Shown: positions 48,956-63,272 of the stretch, piece by piece
Position numbering within the stretch: the first letter of the stretch is position 1
Layout of the letters: each line of letters begins with the position of its first letter
Assembly (NCBI GenBank): GCA_051530055.1
Contig: CM121342.1
Span: 6,509,489-6,573,488, forward strand
Source of the DNA: Neoechinorhynchus agilis
Lineage: Eukaryota; Animalia; Acanthocephala
Reading direction: 5' to 3'
DNA length: 64,000 bases
The notes under the pieces: generated by a model
What the model saw: only the letters and a program-made list of their open reading frames with translations
Database searches by the model: none
What the model was told of the DNA's origin: nothing
Translations under genes and position numbers: made by a program

Positions 48956-49252
48956 GAAAATTCACAATAAAATCTACAGTGATATTAGTTCACGAGATTA
49001 TGTGAACTTAATAAGAAAACAACGTCTTCCATCATTGAATTATGCCTTCTCTTTTAAATTCTGGAGAGCTAGACACAATGTGGGGCAATTATTTCTTTGC
49101 TTAATCCGCTCCTCCGCCTCGTGTTTTCCATGATCCGTCGAAGCACATATCCTTGCTGTTTTCCACATTTCTGTAAAGATGATTTCTAATAAAAAATAAT
49201 GCGTGCCGAATGGACGGACCCTACAAAAAAGGGCATAGATTTATTAGGATTT

Positions 49253-51490
49253 TCACGTGGACGTATTATGAGAAGAGCTCGAATAAGTTGTTTCACTTGA
49301 TTGACTTTCTGAATCCCTGATTAAGATTTTCAACATATATCCCAGTTGTCTTAACCACCACACGGCCAGCCAAACGAAACTAGCGATCACTGTGACCCAA
49401 AAGGTTTCACGTGTCCGTCCGAATCGATCCACGGAAACGGGACTTAGCCAGTTGGTGAGAACCATCATCACATAGAGCGATGCAAGGGCAAAACAAGTAT
49501 GAAAAAAAGCATAATTTGGCATGTTGGACTGGATGAGTGTTTGAGCTTCTAAATCAATATCCCAAAACATTGTTCGTGCAGAGTGTAAACGGCCAGCGTT
49601 TGCTCTATACGGAGTAGTGAGTAGAAATAAAATCGCGCTGAACAATCGGGAATAGTTTATATTTGATGATTTAGATTGAACTTCTTTTTGTTCACCTTTA
49701 ATCACTTCAACGATCAAAGAAGTCACATTTGCATTACATGAACCAAGAGGAATTCCATTGAGTACAATCATCGTATTAAATGCAGCCATTAGGGAGAAAA
49801 GGGACGCTTGTAAGAGACGTGATTGGATGTTTTTCCAGAAACCAACAGTTGCAACTTTGGGGGTTGAAAATAGTGCACAAGCACACGTTAGCGAACATTT
49901 AGAACTGCCCTTCAACACACTTAAATTATTAAAATCCTACAGAAAAAAAAACCCGGACGGAAAATGTCTCTTCATTCGCGGTAAACTTTTTTCGATTAAA
50001 ACAAGTTCATCGTCATCAAAGGGTCGCAGAACGTCTTTTTAATCGAAAAATCAAATTTACCGCAGGTGTAGACTTCTAAACGAGCTTGAATAATCAACTC
50101 CAAAATCAACAACTACAAATCTGAACTGTGGTGTTGAAAGACAGTTTACTCTAGAATGAATATTGTTAACAAGTATTGAAAATTGAATAGACAGCGCCGT
50201 TTGCTGGGAACGTAGAATTTGTACATTACAACGTTTAGATCTCGACTTTTTTTGGAAAAAAATCTTAGTCTTTTAATCTTGTACAAAATTAAACTTTTCT
50301 AGATTTATGTCTTGGATTTTTCTTAGTTTTGCCAAACTCCTCTTGGGCAATTTAAATTTTTACTAATTTATTTCCCCGATATTTCATGTCGTCGGATAAT
50401 TCCGGCATTTCCTCAAGGTTTGTCATTGTTTCGCAGGTTTTTACCTTCCGAAAATGTCGGAATTATCCGACGACGTGAAATATCGGGGAAATAAATTAGT
50501 AAAAATTTAAATTGTCCAAGAGGAGGGGGTTGCAAAGCTAAGAAAAAGAAATTAAATTTATTAATTTAATTAGCAATGATGCCCATATTGCTGACGGCTT
50601 TTTTCTCACCTAATTTAATACTGATTTTCTCCTTTAATTCATTTTTATTAAAAACGCCAATTTTCGAGAAAAACGAGTAGAAAAATCTTCTAAAACATCT
50701 CTTTAGCGATGTACTAAAACTCCAAGATGTAATCCAAATCTAAAACACTCAAATCACCTACAATCGAAAATTAGTTGTCAACTTGTCCGGGTTTTTTTAA
50801 AAAAGAAATAGTCTGTCGAGATCTTACGCGATTTACAAAGAACCAAATCCCTGCAGCAGTCAATATCAATAACGAAATAAGACAAACGAACAATGCAAAG
50901 AAAACGTATCGAATTCCATAAGTGCATAAATCGGAGTTATATACGCAAGTGTACTTTAGACTGGCACATTGACTAACCGAAGAGATTCTATGAACTCCAA
51001 GGAAGCTTTGTAGGATGAGATATAAAGCGCCTCCAACGAGGCCAATGTATCCAAATGTAAAAATGAGTTGGTGGCTATCGTTAGTTCTGAGTATTCCGTA
51101 ATATGATCCAGCGAAAATGGACAGTTTAAGAATCCAAAAATGCCCTTGAATGAAATCAATAGCGATTTTGGAAGCGGTGAATTGCATGATTTTACTGATT
51201 ATAGCCATCGTGGCATAAAAAAGGAAAGAAGTAAAGCACAGTTTGTACACTAGAATGTGACCGTAGAACTCATCGTTCGTTAAAACAGTAAGCATCGATC
51301 TTTTTGGATCGTAAGACCCAATTGAACGTGTGCTCTTTGAATTGTTCACTTCGACTGTCGTTGAGAAGCTGTATGAAGCGGCTAAGATTGCTATTGCTCC
51401 AAACATTAAAACGTAAAAGAACCCAACACAGATTTTTGGTCCTCGATTGCAAAATGCAACACAACGCCTTTCTCGTTCTTCACTGGACAT
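49253..51490 (-). CDS. Serine incorporator (SERINC/TDE) family; exons 51490-50828 and 49936-49253 (448 aa)
   Basis: IQGHFWILK, GYIGLVGGALYLILQ, SRLLQASL and NYAFFHTCFALASLYVMMVLTNW. Canonical GTAAGA...TGTAG intron, in frame. Confidence 0.82.
50320..50548. mobile_element. Foldback/MITE-like element inside the SERINC intron
   Basis: CTTGGGCAATTTAAATTTTTACTAATTTATTTCCCCGATATTTCA...CGGATAATTCCG is mirrored at 50457-50521. Confidence 0.8.
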
Positions 51491-52674
51491 TTTTAAATCA
51501 AGAAAACCAATTTTATTTTAATTATCCATTGTTACCGTAGCAACTTCCATACTTCTTTGGAAATCAGAGAATTATTTAGAAAATGTTTTGTCTAATGACA
51601 CTGCCAAGAATTTACATTGAAACGTTATCGTTTTTGTAGCTAAATTTTAGTTTGCTGAACATTTTTAACTCGTTTGTGCCTGATTTGCTGCTTTTGCAAT
51701 TTATTGTGAAGTTGCTTTGGACTCGCTATCGAATTAAATCGCGCGCAGTATTTTCTCTACAATTAACAAAAATATTCCAATAAAACGATCAATAAATTTT
51801 TTTTTCAATCAATCTTCATTTCTCGACAATTAACACACTCACCACCTCCCGCCGAATTCCAGCTTTTGTCCTTCCTCGACCGTCGCCATCACGCTGGCAG
51901 CACAAATTGATCTCCGAATTTTTGTGTTAAAGTTTTAGACCTTTCACGACTACAAGTTCAGGAAATTCGTCGTGCTGAATGCTTTAAATCGAATCTGTGA
52001 GTTTAGTGATTTTTTTGCAAATTTCTATAGGTTGCGATTTTTGATCAGAATTGAAATTTTTGGTTTTAAAATGTTCGTGGGTGTCTAGAATCGAATAATA
52101 GTGACTTATTTTTATAATAAATGAAACGTAATGACAGCCAGGAGTTCGAGAATTTCAGTGTTCCAATAAGATAAATTCTGTACATTTTAATACATTGCAT
52201 TGATGATGAATACAAATCTGAGGGGCGATTAAAGACGAGATAATAATGTAGAATGTTTTCAAGTAGCAAAATGAGTTATTGGCGTTATGAACGGGTTTTT
52301 CACTAAAATAAGATTTATTATGATCTTCTCTCATCTTCAGGCTCAAAACCTTAAAATTAAAAACGCAAAGGTTTCATTTTCACATATTTTAATCAACAAA
52401 TGAAGGACCATTTAACGAGAAGCGCTTGGAGCAACGAAAATACGTCAATTCGCTAAAATCAATCACCATTTTTATTTTGTTTACTTCAATATGTTCAAGG
52501 GTACGAGATCAATAATAAAAATCTTTTAAGTTTGGACCAATATTTCGGTGTTTTACTCCTTCTTCAGGGTTCCGTAAACTACAACTTTAAAACTTTTTTT
52601 CTAAATATTCGGCGTCCTTTCCATTAAACCTTCGTCATTTTTGTCGTTTATTCTTTTTAAAAACTCTTATGCGA

Positions 52675-53403
52675 TCATTCTTTAAGCCATGGAAATAATC
52701 GGATCGTATGTTTTCTCCTATCGCCATAGTCCATGAACAACTCTTCTCCGTTTCGTATAACTCTGTTTGCTACATAAGCGACTCGAGGACGACCTTGAAG
52801 CTCGATTATCTTTGGTTTGACGTTTGCGGATTTGCGAGAATGACTTACAAGCCGACCCAACCGATCAGTCTCTTTTGTAGAATCAATACTGAAGTGAAAG
52901 GGAGGATCGACATTAAGATTTTTTTTGTAATATTCGACCTAACGTTCGAATAAATCACGTTTAAAACTATTACTGTTATTCGTAGTGGCACACTTCGAAA
53001 CGCTAAAGAAATTCCCTACTAACCAATAGGATCTCTCGTGATGGCGAAAATAAAACATGAAGCATTTCTTGTTTCCGGTCTTGGTATACGCTTCCTCCTT
53101 CTCCTTAGCGATTTTTAACGTTAATAGCTCTCCAGTGCATTCCATTACAAATTCATCTCGCTGGAAATCTCTGGTTGCGAAAACAGACCGACCTCTACCT
53201 TTAACGTTCCTCAATTCCACTCCATCATCCTTGTCTAGCAACAGTCTTTGTATCACATTGTCTAAATGAACAGTCTAAAAGGCGAAAATCAAGTCTTTGC
53301 TTGAATTAAAAAACTCGAGGACCTTTAATTTTTTCGAACTGGTTCTCTTTGATTTTCTTAAGATGTTTCCTGCACTCTGAGAACAAGTAGAACCGCTCTT
53401 CAT
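52675..53403 (-). CDS. KMT5A: H4K20 monomethyltransferase SET8/PR-Set7; exons 53403-53323, 53274-53024, 52888-52675; 5' end uncertain
   Basis: GRGRSVFATRDF, CFMFYF...SYC|IDSTKETDRLGRLVSHSRK and GEELFMDYGDR...PWLK. Two GT-AG introns. Confidence 0.88.
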
Positions 53404-54409
53404 TAAATGACAATATTGTGGGTGAATCGATCTTCTAAAACGTCGAGGCTTCTCAGAAGGGTTTTCTTACATTTCCATTTAAATGAATTTTAGCTCAAAA
53501 TTAAATGCGATCGCAATTTCATTACAAGCTACGATTTAAATTTCGTCGCGATCTCAAGTCGATTTTAAGTGATTTACAAAATTATTTTAAAAACCAAACG
53601 GCGAAAAGCGCTTTTGCCGAGTGTCGATTTCTTGCTCTCTTGAGTTTCTCCAACGAGGACTCTAGTCGTCTTCTCAGTTGTCGAAATGGGCGACTTCGTG
53701 TTTCTCACTAAACGACAGTAGCAATCTTTTACAAGCTAAGAATTAGCAGGATTGAGTGTATTCATTGACGTCCGTGAATTTTGGTCCGCTAATATCGACC
53801 ATTTTACAGAACGATATTTTATATGACCCTACCAAACGGTGATTGTTTGATTTCTAAAGATAATTTATATCATTTGCCTCGTTAAACATTCGAGATCTTG
53901 ATTTTTGCATCTAGCGCCACTAAATGCGTTAGTGCGCAAAACTTGCTTGTATTCTAAAGTTCAATTTGCGGATATTTTAGCGATTTATCAATAAATTCAT
54001 TTTAATGAATACGAAGACATTAATCAATAAATTTTGGATTTTGACCTAAACTTTAATTATTCAATAAAAGCTACAATTTGATGGATTCATATCTTTTTAC
54101 TATTGATCACATCGACTGCAAACTTTTGCTACTTTAGTCGATTCGGATATTCAAAGCTCCATCTCTTTAAAAACCAATGTCTTCTATAAAAATTTCACAA
54201 CTTAAAACAGTTTAAAAAATCGATTTGCCGTCAAAATAAAGTTTTAAAAAAAGGTGCGTTACATGTAAAAACGCAAAGCAAAAAAACAAATTTTGTGTGT
54301 TTTTATTCTAAAAAAACAATTCTTGATTGGAAACCAAATTAAAAGCAGCATTCTTTTAATCTTGATTCAAGTGCATGTTTATGAACATTTGTCTCTTTAT
54401 TTTGATCGC

Positions 54410-55279
54410 CTAAAATCGTGGACCAAATCTAGGAGCGATTGGAACGCCTGGTCTTCCAATAGGTGGATAACCGATTCTTGGTCTCAGTGGAGTATTCCGT
54501 CTAGTTCTGGTCTAAAATCGATATTTTAAGCTAATCGCTTTGAATAAACTCCGCTCGCCCGTCTTACCCTGTAATTGGTGCAATATCCTGCAAACGCCAA
54601 TGCAATAAGTAAAGCGCAGCATAAGATTAAAGTTGCGATCAATCCAACAGCAATTAAGACCGAATTAAATACGTAGATATTGTTCCCAGCATTATTCTTA
54701 AAAAACAAAATAGAAATTTCTCAGCCTAAACTCTTTAACTAACCCGATCAGCGAACGTATCGGTTGCATTGTTTCCATTTAGAAATGAAAGCGGAATTAT
54801 AGAAGTGATCATTAAATAGAACGAAAATATTAACGATATGGCTGTCAGAACAAGAAATGCTTTAAGCTAAAAATAAGTAGAGTTAGATTCATATTTAAAC
54901 GTATAACTGACCGCAGCCAGAGTTCCATCAGCGAATGAAACACAACCCATTATTCCGGTCACTAATAACTAAAACGATTAATGGATAAAAGTGAAAGGGC
55001 AAAAAAAAGCGAGGGTATGCATACGAGTAGTCCAACCCAAATCCCTTTACCGGCACTTGGCCAAAACGGATTCCCGGTCCATGTTCCGATAAGCTGAGGA
55101 AATGAATTGCTGGGAAGTGTAAGATCCATTGTAGCTCGTCCACGAACGAGATTTGTGATTGAAAAAGCAATTGCGATTACTCCAAGTGATGCGATTATGC
55201 ATCCTAACGCTGGCCCCGCTGGTGAACGAACCCACGAAGGCACCGTCTTTGTCCTGTAAGCACTATCCAATCCGTACAT
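54410..55279 (-). CDS. Four-TM MS4A/CD20-like membrane protein, 5 exons with GT-AG introns
   Basis: Spliced translation gives four hydrophobic segments, a GKGIWVGLL|LLVTGIMG motif resembling CD20-family TM2, and a Pro/Arg-rich tail ending GPRF*. The family call is by motif only. Confidence 0.55.
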
Positions 55280-55729
55280 TCTCTAAAGTTTGACTATTCG
55301 ATAAAAACCGTTGGTTACGACGGCACACCATTTTGACTTACTACTTTGATTCAGTAATGAGCGAGAGAGATCTTTAGCTCTTTAGAAAAAACAGTCTAAG
55401 AGTCGACAACCGAGATGCTTTGAATGAACACATACATTTTGAACGTTGATGTGAGTAATACTGTCGAAAAAGGAAGGCAACCGGGATGGTAAAACTCGTT
55501 TTGTGAACCACTTTGAAACCCAGTGTGACTAATTGTTAATGCGGAACATTCGAAAAAAAAGTTGACACAAATTCCGGAAACCGAAGCTTTATAAATGTCG
55601 TCAAAACAAAGTCCATTGTATCAAAATCATTCAAAATTAAATTGTAGCATTTCATACCTTTTTTGAATTCATTGTTGATCCGATTATTGAATATGTTATC
55701 TGAGTATTCCTTCAGATTTGTTAAATTTC

Positions 55730-58448
55730 CTTCATGTATCAATCTTGTTTGTTTAATAACAAAATTTTATGGTATCAAATGGAAACAACTTTTATAAAGA
55801 TTCATTTGGAAGAGAAAGTCGAATACCGAGTTTTTTAAGATTTAATAAATTTCCTTCATGTATCAATCTTGTTTTTTTAAGAACAGAATTTTATGGTATC
55901 AAACGGAAACAACTTTTATAAAGACTCATTTGGAAGAGAAAGTCGAATACCGAGTTTTTTTAAGATTTAATAAATTTCCGTGATGTATTAATCTTGTTTG
56001 TTTAAGAACAGAATTTTATGGTATCAAACGGAAACAACTTTTATGAAATTAATTTGGAAGAGAAAATCGAATACCGAGTTTTTTAAGATTTAATAAATTT
56101 CCTTCATGTATCAATCTTGTTTGTTTAAGAACAGAATTTTATGGTATCAAACGGAAACAACTTTTATAAAATTCATTTGAAAGAGAAAGTCGAATACCGA
56201 GTTTTTTAAGATTTAATAAATTTCCTTAATGTATTAATCTTGTTTGTTTAAGAACAAAATTTTATGGTATCAAACGGAAACAACTTTTTAAAATTCATTT
56301 GGAAGAGAAAGTCGAATACCGAGTTTTTTAAGATTTAATAAATTTCCTTAATGTATTAATCTTGTTTGTTTAAGAACAGAATTTTATGGTATCAAACGGA
56401 AACAACTTTTATAAAATTAATTTGGAAGAGAAAGTCGAATACCGAGTTTTTTAAGATTTAATAAATTTCCTTAATGTATCAATCTTGTTTGTTTAAGAAC
56501 AAAATTTTATGGTATCAAACGGAAACAATTTTTTAAAGATTCATTTGGAAGAGAAAGTCGAATACCGAGTTTTTTAAGATTTAATAAATTTCCTTCATGT
56601 ATCAATCTTGTTTGTTTAAGAACAAAATTTTATGGTATCAAACGGAAACAACTTTTATAAAATTCATTTGGAAGAGAAAGTCGAATACCGAGTTTTTTAA
56701 GATTTAATAAATTTCCTTAATGTATCAATCTTGTTTGTTTAAGAACAAAATTTTATGGTATCAAACGGAAACAATTTTTTAAAGATTCATTTGGAAGAGA
56801 AAGTCGAATACCGAGTTTTTTAAGATTTAATAAATTTCCGTAATGTATTAATCTTGTTTGTTTAAGAACAAAATTTTATGGTATCAAACGGAAACAATTT
56901 TTTAAAGATTCATTTGGAAGAGAAAGTCGAATACCGAGTCTTTTTAAGATTTAATAAATTTCCTTCATGTATTAATCTTGTTTGTTTAAGAACAAAATTT
57001 TATGGTATCAAACGGAAACAACTTTTATAAAATTCATTTGGAAGAGAAAGTCGAATACCGAGTTTTTTAAGATTTAATAAATTTCCTTAATGTATCAATC
57101 TTGTTTGTTTAAGAACAAAATTTTAATGGTATCAAACGGAAACACTTTTTAAAGATTCATTTGGAAGAGAAAGTCGAATACCGAGTTTTTTTAAGATTTA
57201 ATAAATTTCCGTAATGTATTAATCTTGTTTGTTAAAACCGAATTTTTATGGTATCAAACGGAAACAATTTTTTAAAATTCATTTGGAAGAGAAAGTCGAA
57301 TACCGAGTTTTTTAAGATTTAATAAATTTCCTTAATGTATTAATCTTGTTTGTTTAAGAACAAAATTTTATGGTATCAAACGGAAACAATTTTTTAAAGA
57401 TTCATTTGGAAGAGAAAGTCGAATACCGAGTTTTTTAAGATTTAATAAATTTCCTTAATGTATCAATCTTGTTTGTTTAAGAACAAAATTTTATGATATC
57501 AAACGGAAACACTTTTTAAAGATTCATTTGAAAGAGAAAGTCGAATACCGAGTTTTTTAAGATTTAATAAATTTCCTTATGTATTAATCTTGTTTGTTAA
57601 AACCGAATTTTATGGTATCAAACGGAAACAACTTTTATAAAATTCATTTGGAAGAGAAAGTCGAATACCGAGTTTTTTAAGATTTAATAAATTTCCTTAA
57701 TGTATTAATCTTGTTTGTTTAAGAACAAAATTTTATGGTATCAAACGGAAACAACTTTTTAAAATTCATTTGGAAGAGAAAGTCGAATACCGAGTTTTTT
57801 TAAGATTTAATAAATTTCCTTCATGTATCAATCTTGTTTGTTTAAGAACAAAATTTTATGGTATCAAACGGAAACAACTTTTATAAAATTCATTTGGAAG
57901 AGAAAGTCGAATACCGAGTTTTTTAAGATTTAATAAATTTCCTTAATGTATCAATCTTGTTTGTTTAAGAACAAAATTTTAATGATATCAAACGGAAACA
58001 CTTTTTAAAGATTCATTTGAAAGAGAAAGTCGAATACCGAGTTTTTTTAAGATTTAATAAATTTCCGTAATGTATTAATCTTGTTTGTCAAAACCGAACT
58101 TTTTATGGTATCAAACGGCAACAACTTTTATAAAATTCATTTGAAAGAGAAAGTCGAATACCGAGTTTTTTAAGATTTAATGAATTTCCTTAATGTATCA
58201 ATCTTGTTTGTTTAAGAACAAAATTTTATGGTATCAAACGGAAACAACTTTTATAAAATTCATTTGGAAGAGAAAGTCGAATACCGAGTTTTTTTAAGAT
58301 TTAATAAATTTCCTTCATGTATCAATCTTGTTTGTTTAAGAACAAAATTTTATGGTATCAAACGGAAACAACTTTTATAAAATTCATTTGGAAGAGAAAG
58401 TCGAATACCGAGTTTTTTAAGATTTAATAAATTTCCTTAATGTATCAA
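55730..58448. repeat. Tandem array, ~122-bp unit, ~22 copies
   Basis: GGAAGAGAAAGTCGAATACCGAGTTTTTTAAGATTTAATAAATTTCC repeats. Confidence 0.97.
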
Positions 58449-59039
58449 TTCCACATATTAAAGTTTTTTCTTTTTTGCGAGTCCCTTTTTTTTAATTTTC
58501 CTATTAATCACTTATTTTTAATTGACCAAGTTTGCTTTTTCAACAATCTATATTATTTTTGAAAATCGGTCAGACGCAAGCGAAACTATAACTATAAAAG
58601 TTTCATTGCGAGATTTTTGACTAAATGCTTTTTTCTTAAATTTGCACTTTTAGAAGATAATACAAACCAAATTTTGAAAATAATCGAGCAAAATGCATTT
58701 CTTAAATTGTATGACTATAATGCGATTTTACTTTTCAATTCCCGAAGAGATGTCGACTGTTTTTTTGCAAAAAACACGAGCTAAGACTACAATTATCCCT
58801 AAATAGCTAGAAAAAGATTTTGAACATCGTGAAGTTGAAAATCAAAAATCGACGTTTATTAACGAAGTCTATTCGATTTATGAAACCAACAAAAAAAAGA
58901 ATGATGTTCAGTCGAGTGAAGAATGTCCGTTTTCTTAGAATAAAAAGTGCGCTTGGCAACCACTTCGTTCATCACCGTTTATCGTCTCGAAAATCGAAAA
59001 AACCCCTTGGACCGAATGTATCCATAATTGTTTCTATAA

Positions 59040-59245
59040 CAAACCCTCGATGTGATTTATTGTTTAAAAGTCTTCATTCGCGGAAAATAAGTTCCTTTTT
59101 GTGTGTACTAAAAACAGTTTGAACCATGTCAGGTTCCATGATTATTTTGTTAGTTATTAAAATACGAGAACCCGACGAGGTTCAAAACGTCTTTAGGGCA
59201 AAACAAAGAAGTTATTTACCGCGTATGAAGACATCTAAATTATCC
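59040..59245. mobile_element. Degenerate ~200-bp foldback
   Basis: GTCTTCATTCGCGGAAAATAA mirrors TTATTTACCGCGTATGAAGAC; TTTGAACC mirrors GGTTCAAA. Confidence 0.6.
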
Positions 59246-59526
59246 AGAAACCATCGATAGGTTCATTTTATTGAGATATGAAACTGCTCATGATTGTTGT
59301 GTAGTTGTGACAAAATTATATAAATTTATTAAATCGATATTTCAGCTCAATCAAGAGCCTTTATCAAGATTGCTTGTCAAATATTCAAAAACTTACAAGC
59401 AATCTTGATGAAGGCGCTGGATTGGGTTGGTTTTAGTTAGGTGAGTATGAAAGCGTTACCAATAGCAACCTCTATTTTAAAAAACGTTCAAATAATCACT
59501 GAGATGTGAATTGATAAGTTCCGATA

Positions 59527-59922
59527 ATGCATGCCAATGAGATTTCGAACGCGTTGCACGTACCAAAACTGAGTTACAAATACCAACTTCAATTTGGAAC
59601 CGATGAGGAAAATAGGAAAGCATCGCTTAGATTGATCTACAGAAACCATAGAACGCCAATGGATAGATTAAAGAGGATTTCCGTAAGATTAATGGACTGT
59701 TTATCATGTACTGATGACCACAATCAAAACTCTGATTCGTTCATTGAAACCGATGATTTGTATGCGTTACATTTGAAAATGTGCAATGAGCACAGAAATA
59801 GATTTCCGAGCATTGTGCCGACCAGAAAGGATAAAACGTCGTTTATGAATTCCACTGAAACTGATACAATGGAGATTGCACAAATACCGATAATATCTTG
59901 CATCTCAATGAGTGAAACATGA
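59527..59922 (+). CDS. Hypothetical protein or exon (131 aa)
   Basis: ATG-started ORF with complex, non-repetitive composition; no family recognised. Confidence 0.3.
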   Translation: MHANEISNALHVPKLSYKYQLQFGTDEENRKASLRLIYRNHRTPMDRLKRISVRLMDCLSCTDDHNQNSDSFIETDDLYALHLKMCNEHRNRFPSIVPTRKDKTSFMNSTETDTMEIAQIPIISCISMSET

Positions 59923-60952
59923 AAAAATAGAATTAATTTTGTGTTAAGAGCGGTTAAAAATCATTTTATTATTCGCGAAATATTTCGAAAGCGACGAAAT
60001 CTTTTCTCCAATGATTTTTTCTTAAAGATCAATATCAGAATAATTATAGTTTTATTATTTTTAAAGTTTAAATAAGGGGATTGTGATCACCACACACAAA
60101 TCTCCAAGGATTTTCTCTTAGAAATCAATATCAGAATTACTTGTGGTGAAGAATACTCACCCGGTTATAAATCATTTTATTATTCGCGAAATATTTCGAC
60201 AGAGAGGAAATCTTTTCGTCTTATCAATTATTGTAAATTAATCTCCAAGGATTTTCTCTCAGAAATCAATATCAGAATTACTTGTGGTGAAGAATAATCG
60301 GCCGGTTAAAAATCATTTTATTGTTCTGAAATATTTCGAAAGAGAGGAAATCTTTTCGTCTTATCAATCATTGTAAATTAATCTCCAAGGATTTTCTGTT
60401 AAAGATCAATATCAGAATGGCTATAGTTTTATTATTTTTACAGTTTAAACAATGCTGCATTTTTTGGAAAAATTTCAACTCATGATGAATTGATAAACAA
60501 AGAAAAAGCTCGAATTCTCGTAATCGTCTTATTTATTAATCAAAGTTTAAAAAGGAAACTGTTAGAGTGCCGCAATATTCTAAACGTGCGCTTAAAAATA
60601 GAACTTAGGACAATTGAATACCGAGACGGCATATTTATTTCATCACCAGAAATTTTCAGTTCAACCGAATATTTTTGCTTTAACATTTTTTAAACCTTTT
60701 TTATAGAGCGAGAAATTTAGTGACGAACAATTATCCGGTCAATCTCTTTTCCGGAGCATCAATAATCATCTTTCAAAGCTATCATCTAATCTTGGTGGAG
60801 CCATCGTAACCTTCTCGAAATCCACAAATCAGTCTATCTATTTCATTATCATCTCGATCTCCCTTTTTTCATTTTGATGTTCATTTCATACGCCAGTCAA
60901 TGATCTTAGAGATACTAACTTTCAAGCCAGTAGTGACCATCAATGCTACAAA

Positions 60953-61100
60953 TGGATATGTGGCGGTTGGGAAAAAACTATGTCAAAGAATGACTTTAAT
61001 TGAAATATTTCGTCCTGAAGAAGTCCATTGTGATTGGACGAAATATTTCAATTAAAGTCATTCTTTGACATAGTTTTTTTTCCCACCGCTACATACTCAT
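60953..61100. mobile_element. Foldback with a 44-bp perfect core
   Basis: AAAAAACTATGTCAAAGAATGACTTTAATTGAAATATTTCGTCC (60972-61015) is mirrored at 61036-61079. Confidence 0.8.
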
Positions 61101-61689
61101 GGATTTTATCTTTAACTACAAATGGATTTAATTAGCATGGATTAAGGAGACCTAATGAGTATGATGCCAGATTAACGATTAGAATGTTACCAACTCCAAC
61201 AAAACCCATTCACGTCCATCGTCCCTTCCAAACGATATAGAACCAGATATTTCCCGTACGAGAAGTTCCTAAATACTATCGGGCCACTCTCTACTAGTCC
61301 TTTCCAACATATCACAATGAGACATCAACGAATTAATAGCTCCATAAAAAACTTAATGAGACACGTCTCTTAGAATAGTTTTCACACCATTTTTAGAATC
61401 CACAAAAACCGTGCAAAATCCATCAAACAAACTTGAATCGAAAACGATATCATCAGTTATGCCAGAATCGACGATAATTATTATCTCTCCAACATATTTA
61501 TAAACATTGAAGCATGTTTGGTTGCGAAAAAAACAATGAAAGATAAACAGAGGATTTTGTATGTTTTATAGAAAATTGGAAAGGATCCGTTTATCGACAG
61601 GTAATATCATTTCTGTCATTTTCCCAGGTCGGAGTGAAGGGCATGAATCATAGAATTTCATATATCATTGTCCTCAGGGTGAATTTGAC

Positions 61690-61793
61690 TGTACGTTGGC
61701 GAATCCTGTCCCCGGTGCTATAGATATTCATTTTTAAACCTTGGCGAAAAACGAGTAACGACAACACCGGAGACAGGATTCGCCAACGTACAA
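61690..61793. mobile_element. ~105-bp MITE-like element with 28-bp TIRs
   Basis: TGTACGTTGGCGAATCCTGTCCCCGGTG / CACCGGAGACAGGATTCGCCAACGTACA. Confidence 0.75.
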
Positions 61794-61799
61794 TCATAT

Positions 61800-63270
61800 A
61801 ATTGAACAATTTTATTAAATTGTAGATGTGATGATCACGTTTATCCGAGACCGGAAAACGGGGAAGTCAGGGCAGAGGTTCTGATTGATGTAGTCTAGAA
61901 CCAGTTTTAATTCAGAAGAGGTCAAATTAGGGAAGGAATCAGCGTTGCGTAGACCAACAGAGTCCCTGACGGCCCGCCGCCATGTTAAATTGCCACCCGA
62001 ACGAATTTCGTAGGAAGGAAAGCTTTTGCGGACGATAAGTATTTTGTTAGTTAAAGCTATTTGTAAACGAGGAAAGTCTGGAGAGTTATTTCGATGGCCT
62101 TTAGAAGCTTGCTTTTGAAGAAGTTTCAAGATGGGGGTTATCCATGGTAGTTCACGGTTGAAGATTCGAATGAATTTCTGGGAAATTGACGAAGTTAGAG
62201 AATATTTTGTGATTGAAGTTAGGGAGGACATGGCAAGGAAGAGTAATTTGTGTTGTCAGAGTGGAATATGTGAATCATAGAATTGAACAATTTTATAAAA
62301 TTGTGGATGTGATGATCACGTTTATCATAGACGGATAAACGGGGAAGTCAGGGCAGAGGTTCTGATTGATGTAGTCTAGAACCTGTTTTAATTCAGAAGA
62401 GGTCAAATAGGGAAGGAATCAGCGTCGTTGAATTACCACCCGAACGAATTTCGGAGCTAGGAAAGTTTTTTGCGGACGATAAGTATTTTGTTAGTTAAAG
62501 CTATTTGTAAACGAGGAAAGCCTTCAGAGTTATTTCAATGGCCTTTAGAAGCTTGCTTTTGAAGAAGTTTCAAGATGGGGGTTATCCATGGTAGTTCACG
62601 GTTGAAGATTCGAATGAATTTCTGGGAAATTGACGAAGTTAGAGAATATTTTGTGATTGTAGCTAGGGAGGGCATGGTCAAGGAAGAGTCATTTGTGTTG
62701 TCAGAGTGGAACGTGTGAATCATTGAATTGAACAATTTTATAAAATTGTAGATGTGATGATCACGTTTATCCGAGACGGGAAAACGGGGAGATTTTATAC
62801 GCTGAAGTAGGGTGGCGGGAGTAACAAGGGCAGAAGAGCGATCAGAGTTCGCAAGGGAAGGAGAGAGTTTAGAGGCGGATGAGTAGGTATGGATATTGTT
62901 GAACACATTGTCGAGGTGAACATCAAGACGAGTTGGGAAGTCAATAAGTTGACGCAACTCGGAGAAGGGCCAAATAGGAAATAGTTTATTGAATTCCCCT
63001 GCAATTAAGAAATGGTGTGAGTTTGTGAGTTCCATCATAGAATAAAGTTGTAGCAAGGAGGGCGATAGACGCCAGCAATGATGAATTCACGGCCGCAGAG
63101 AATCTACGAGAGGGTAAGAGTATGGTAGCGATTACCATACGTAAATTGAGACCCCGGAAGGAAGAGTACTCGGGAAGGATGGCTGAATTGCTGTGTTTCT
63201 GTTAAGATGACTACGTCGGCTTTTGGGGTAGATGAAATGAGTGATATTAATAAAGCACAAAACGTGCAAT
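61800..63270 (-). mobile_element. APE-endonuclease LINE fragment (CR1/L2-like) with partial internal direct duplications
   Basis: DVVILTET, LIAGEFN, LRQLIDFPTRLDVHLDNVF and LANSD match APE motifs. The ITKYSLTSSISQKFIRIFNRELPW block occurs twice and flanking DNA three times. Confidence 0.7.
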
Positions 63271-63272
63271 CA

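Noticed and set aside
53404-53745. Possible further 5' SET8 exon and non-canonical intron
   Set aside because: A Ser/Thr/Lys-rich frame exists, but no homology anchor or convincing stem fixes a junction.
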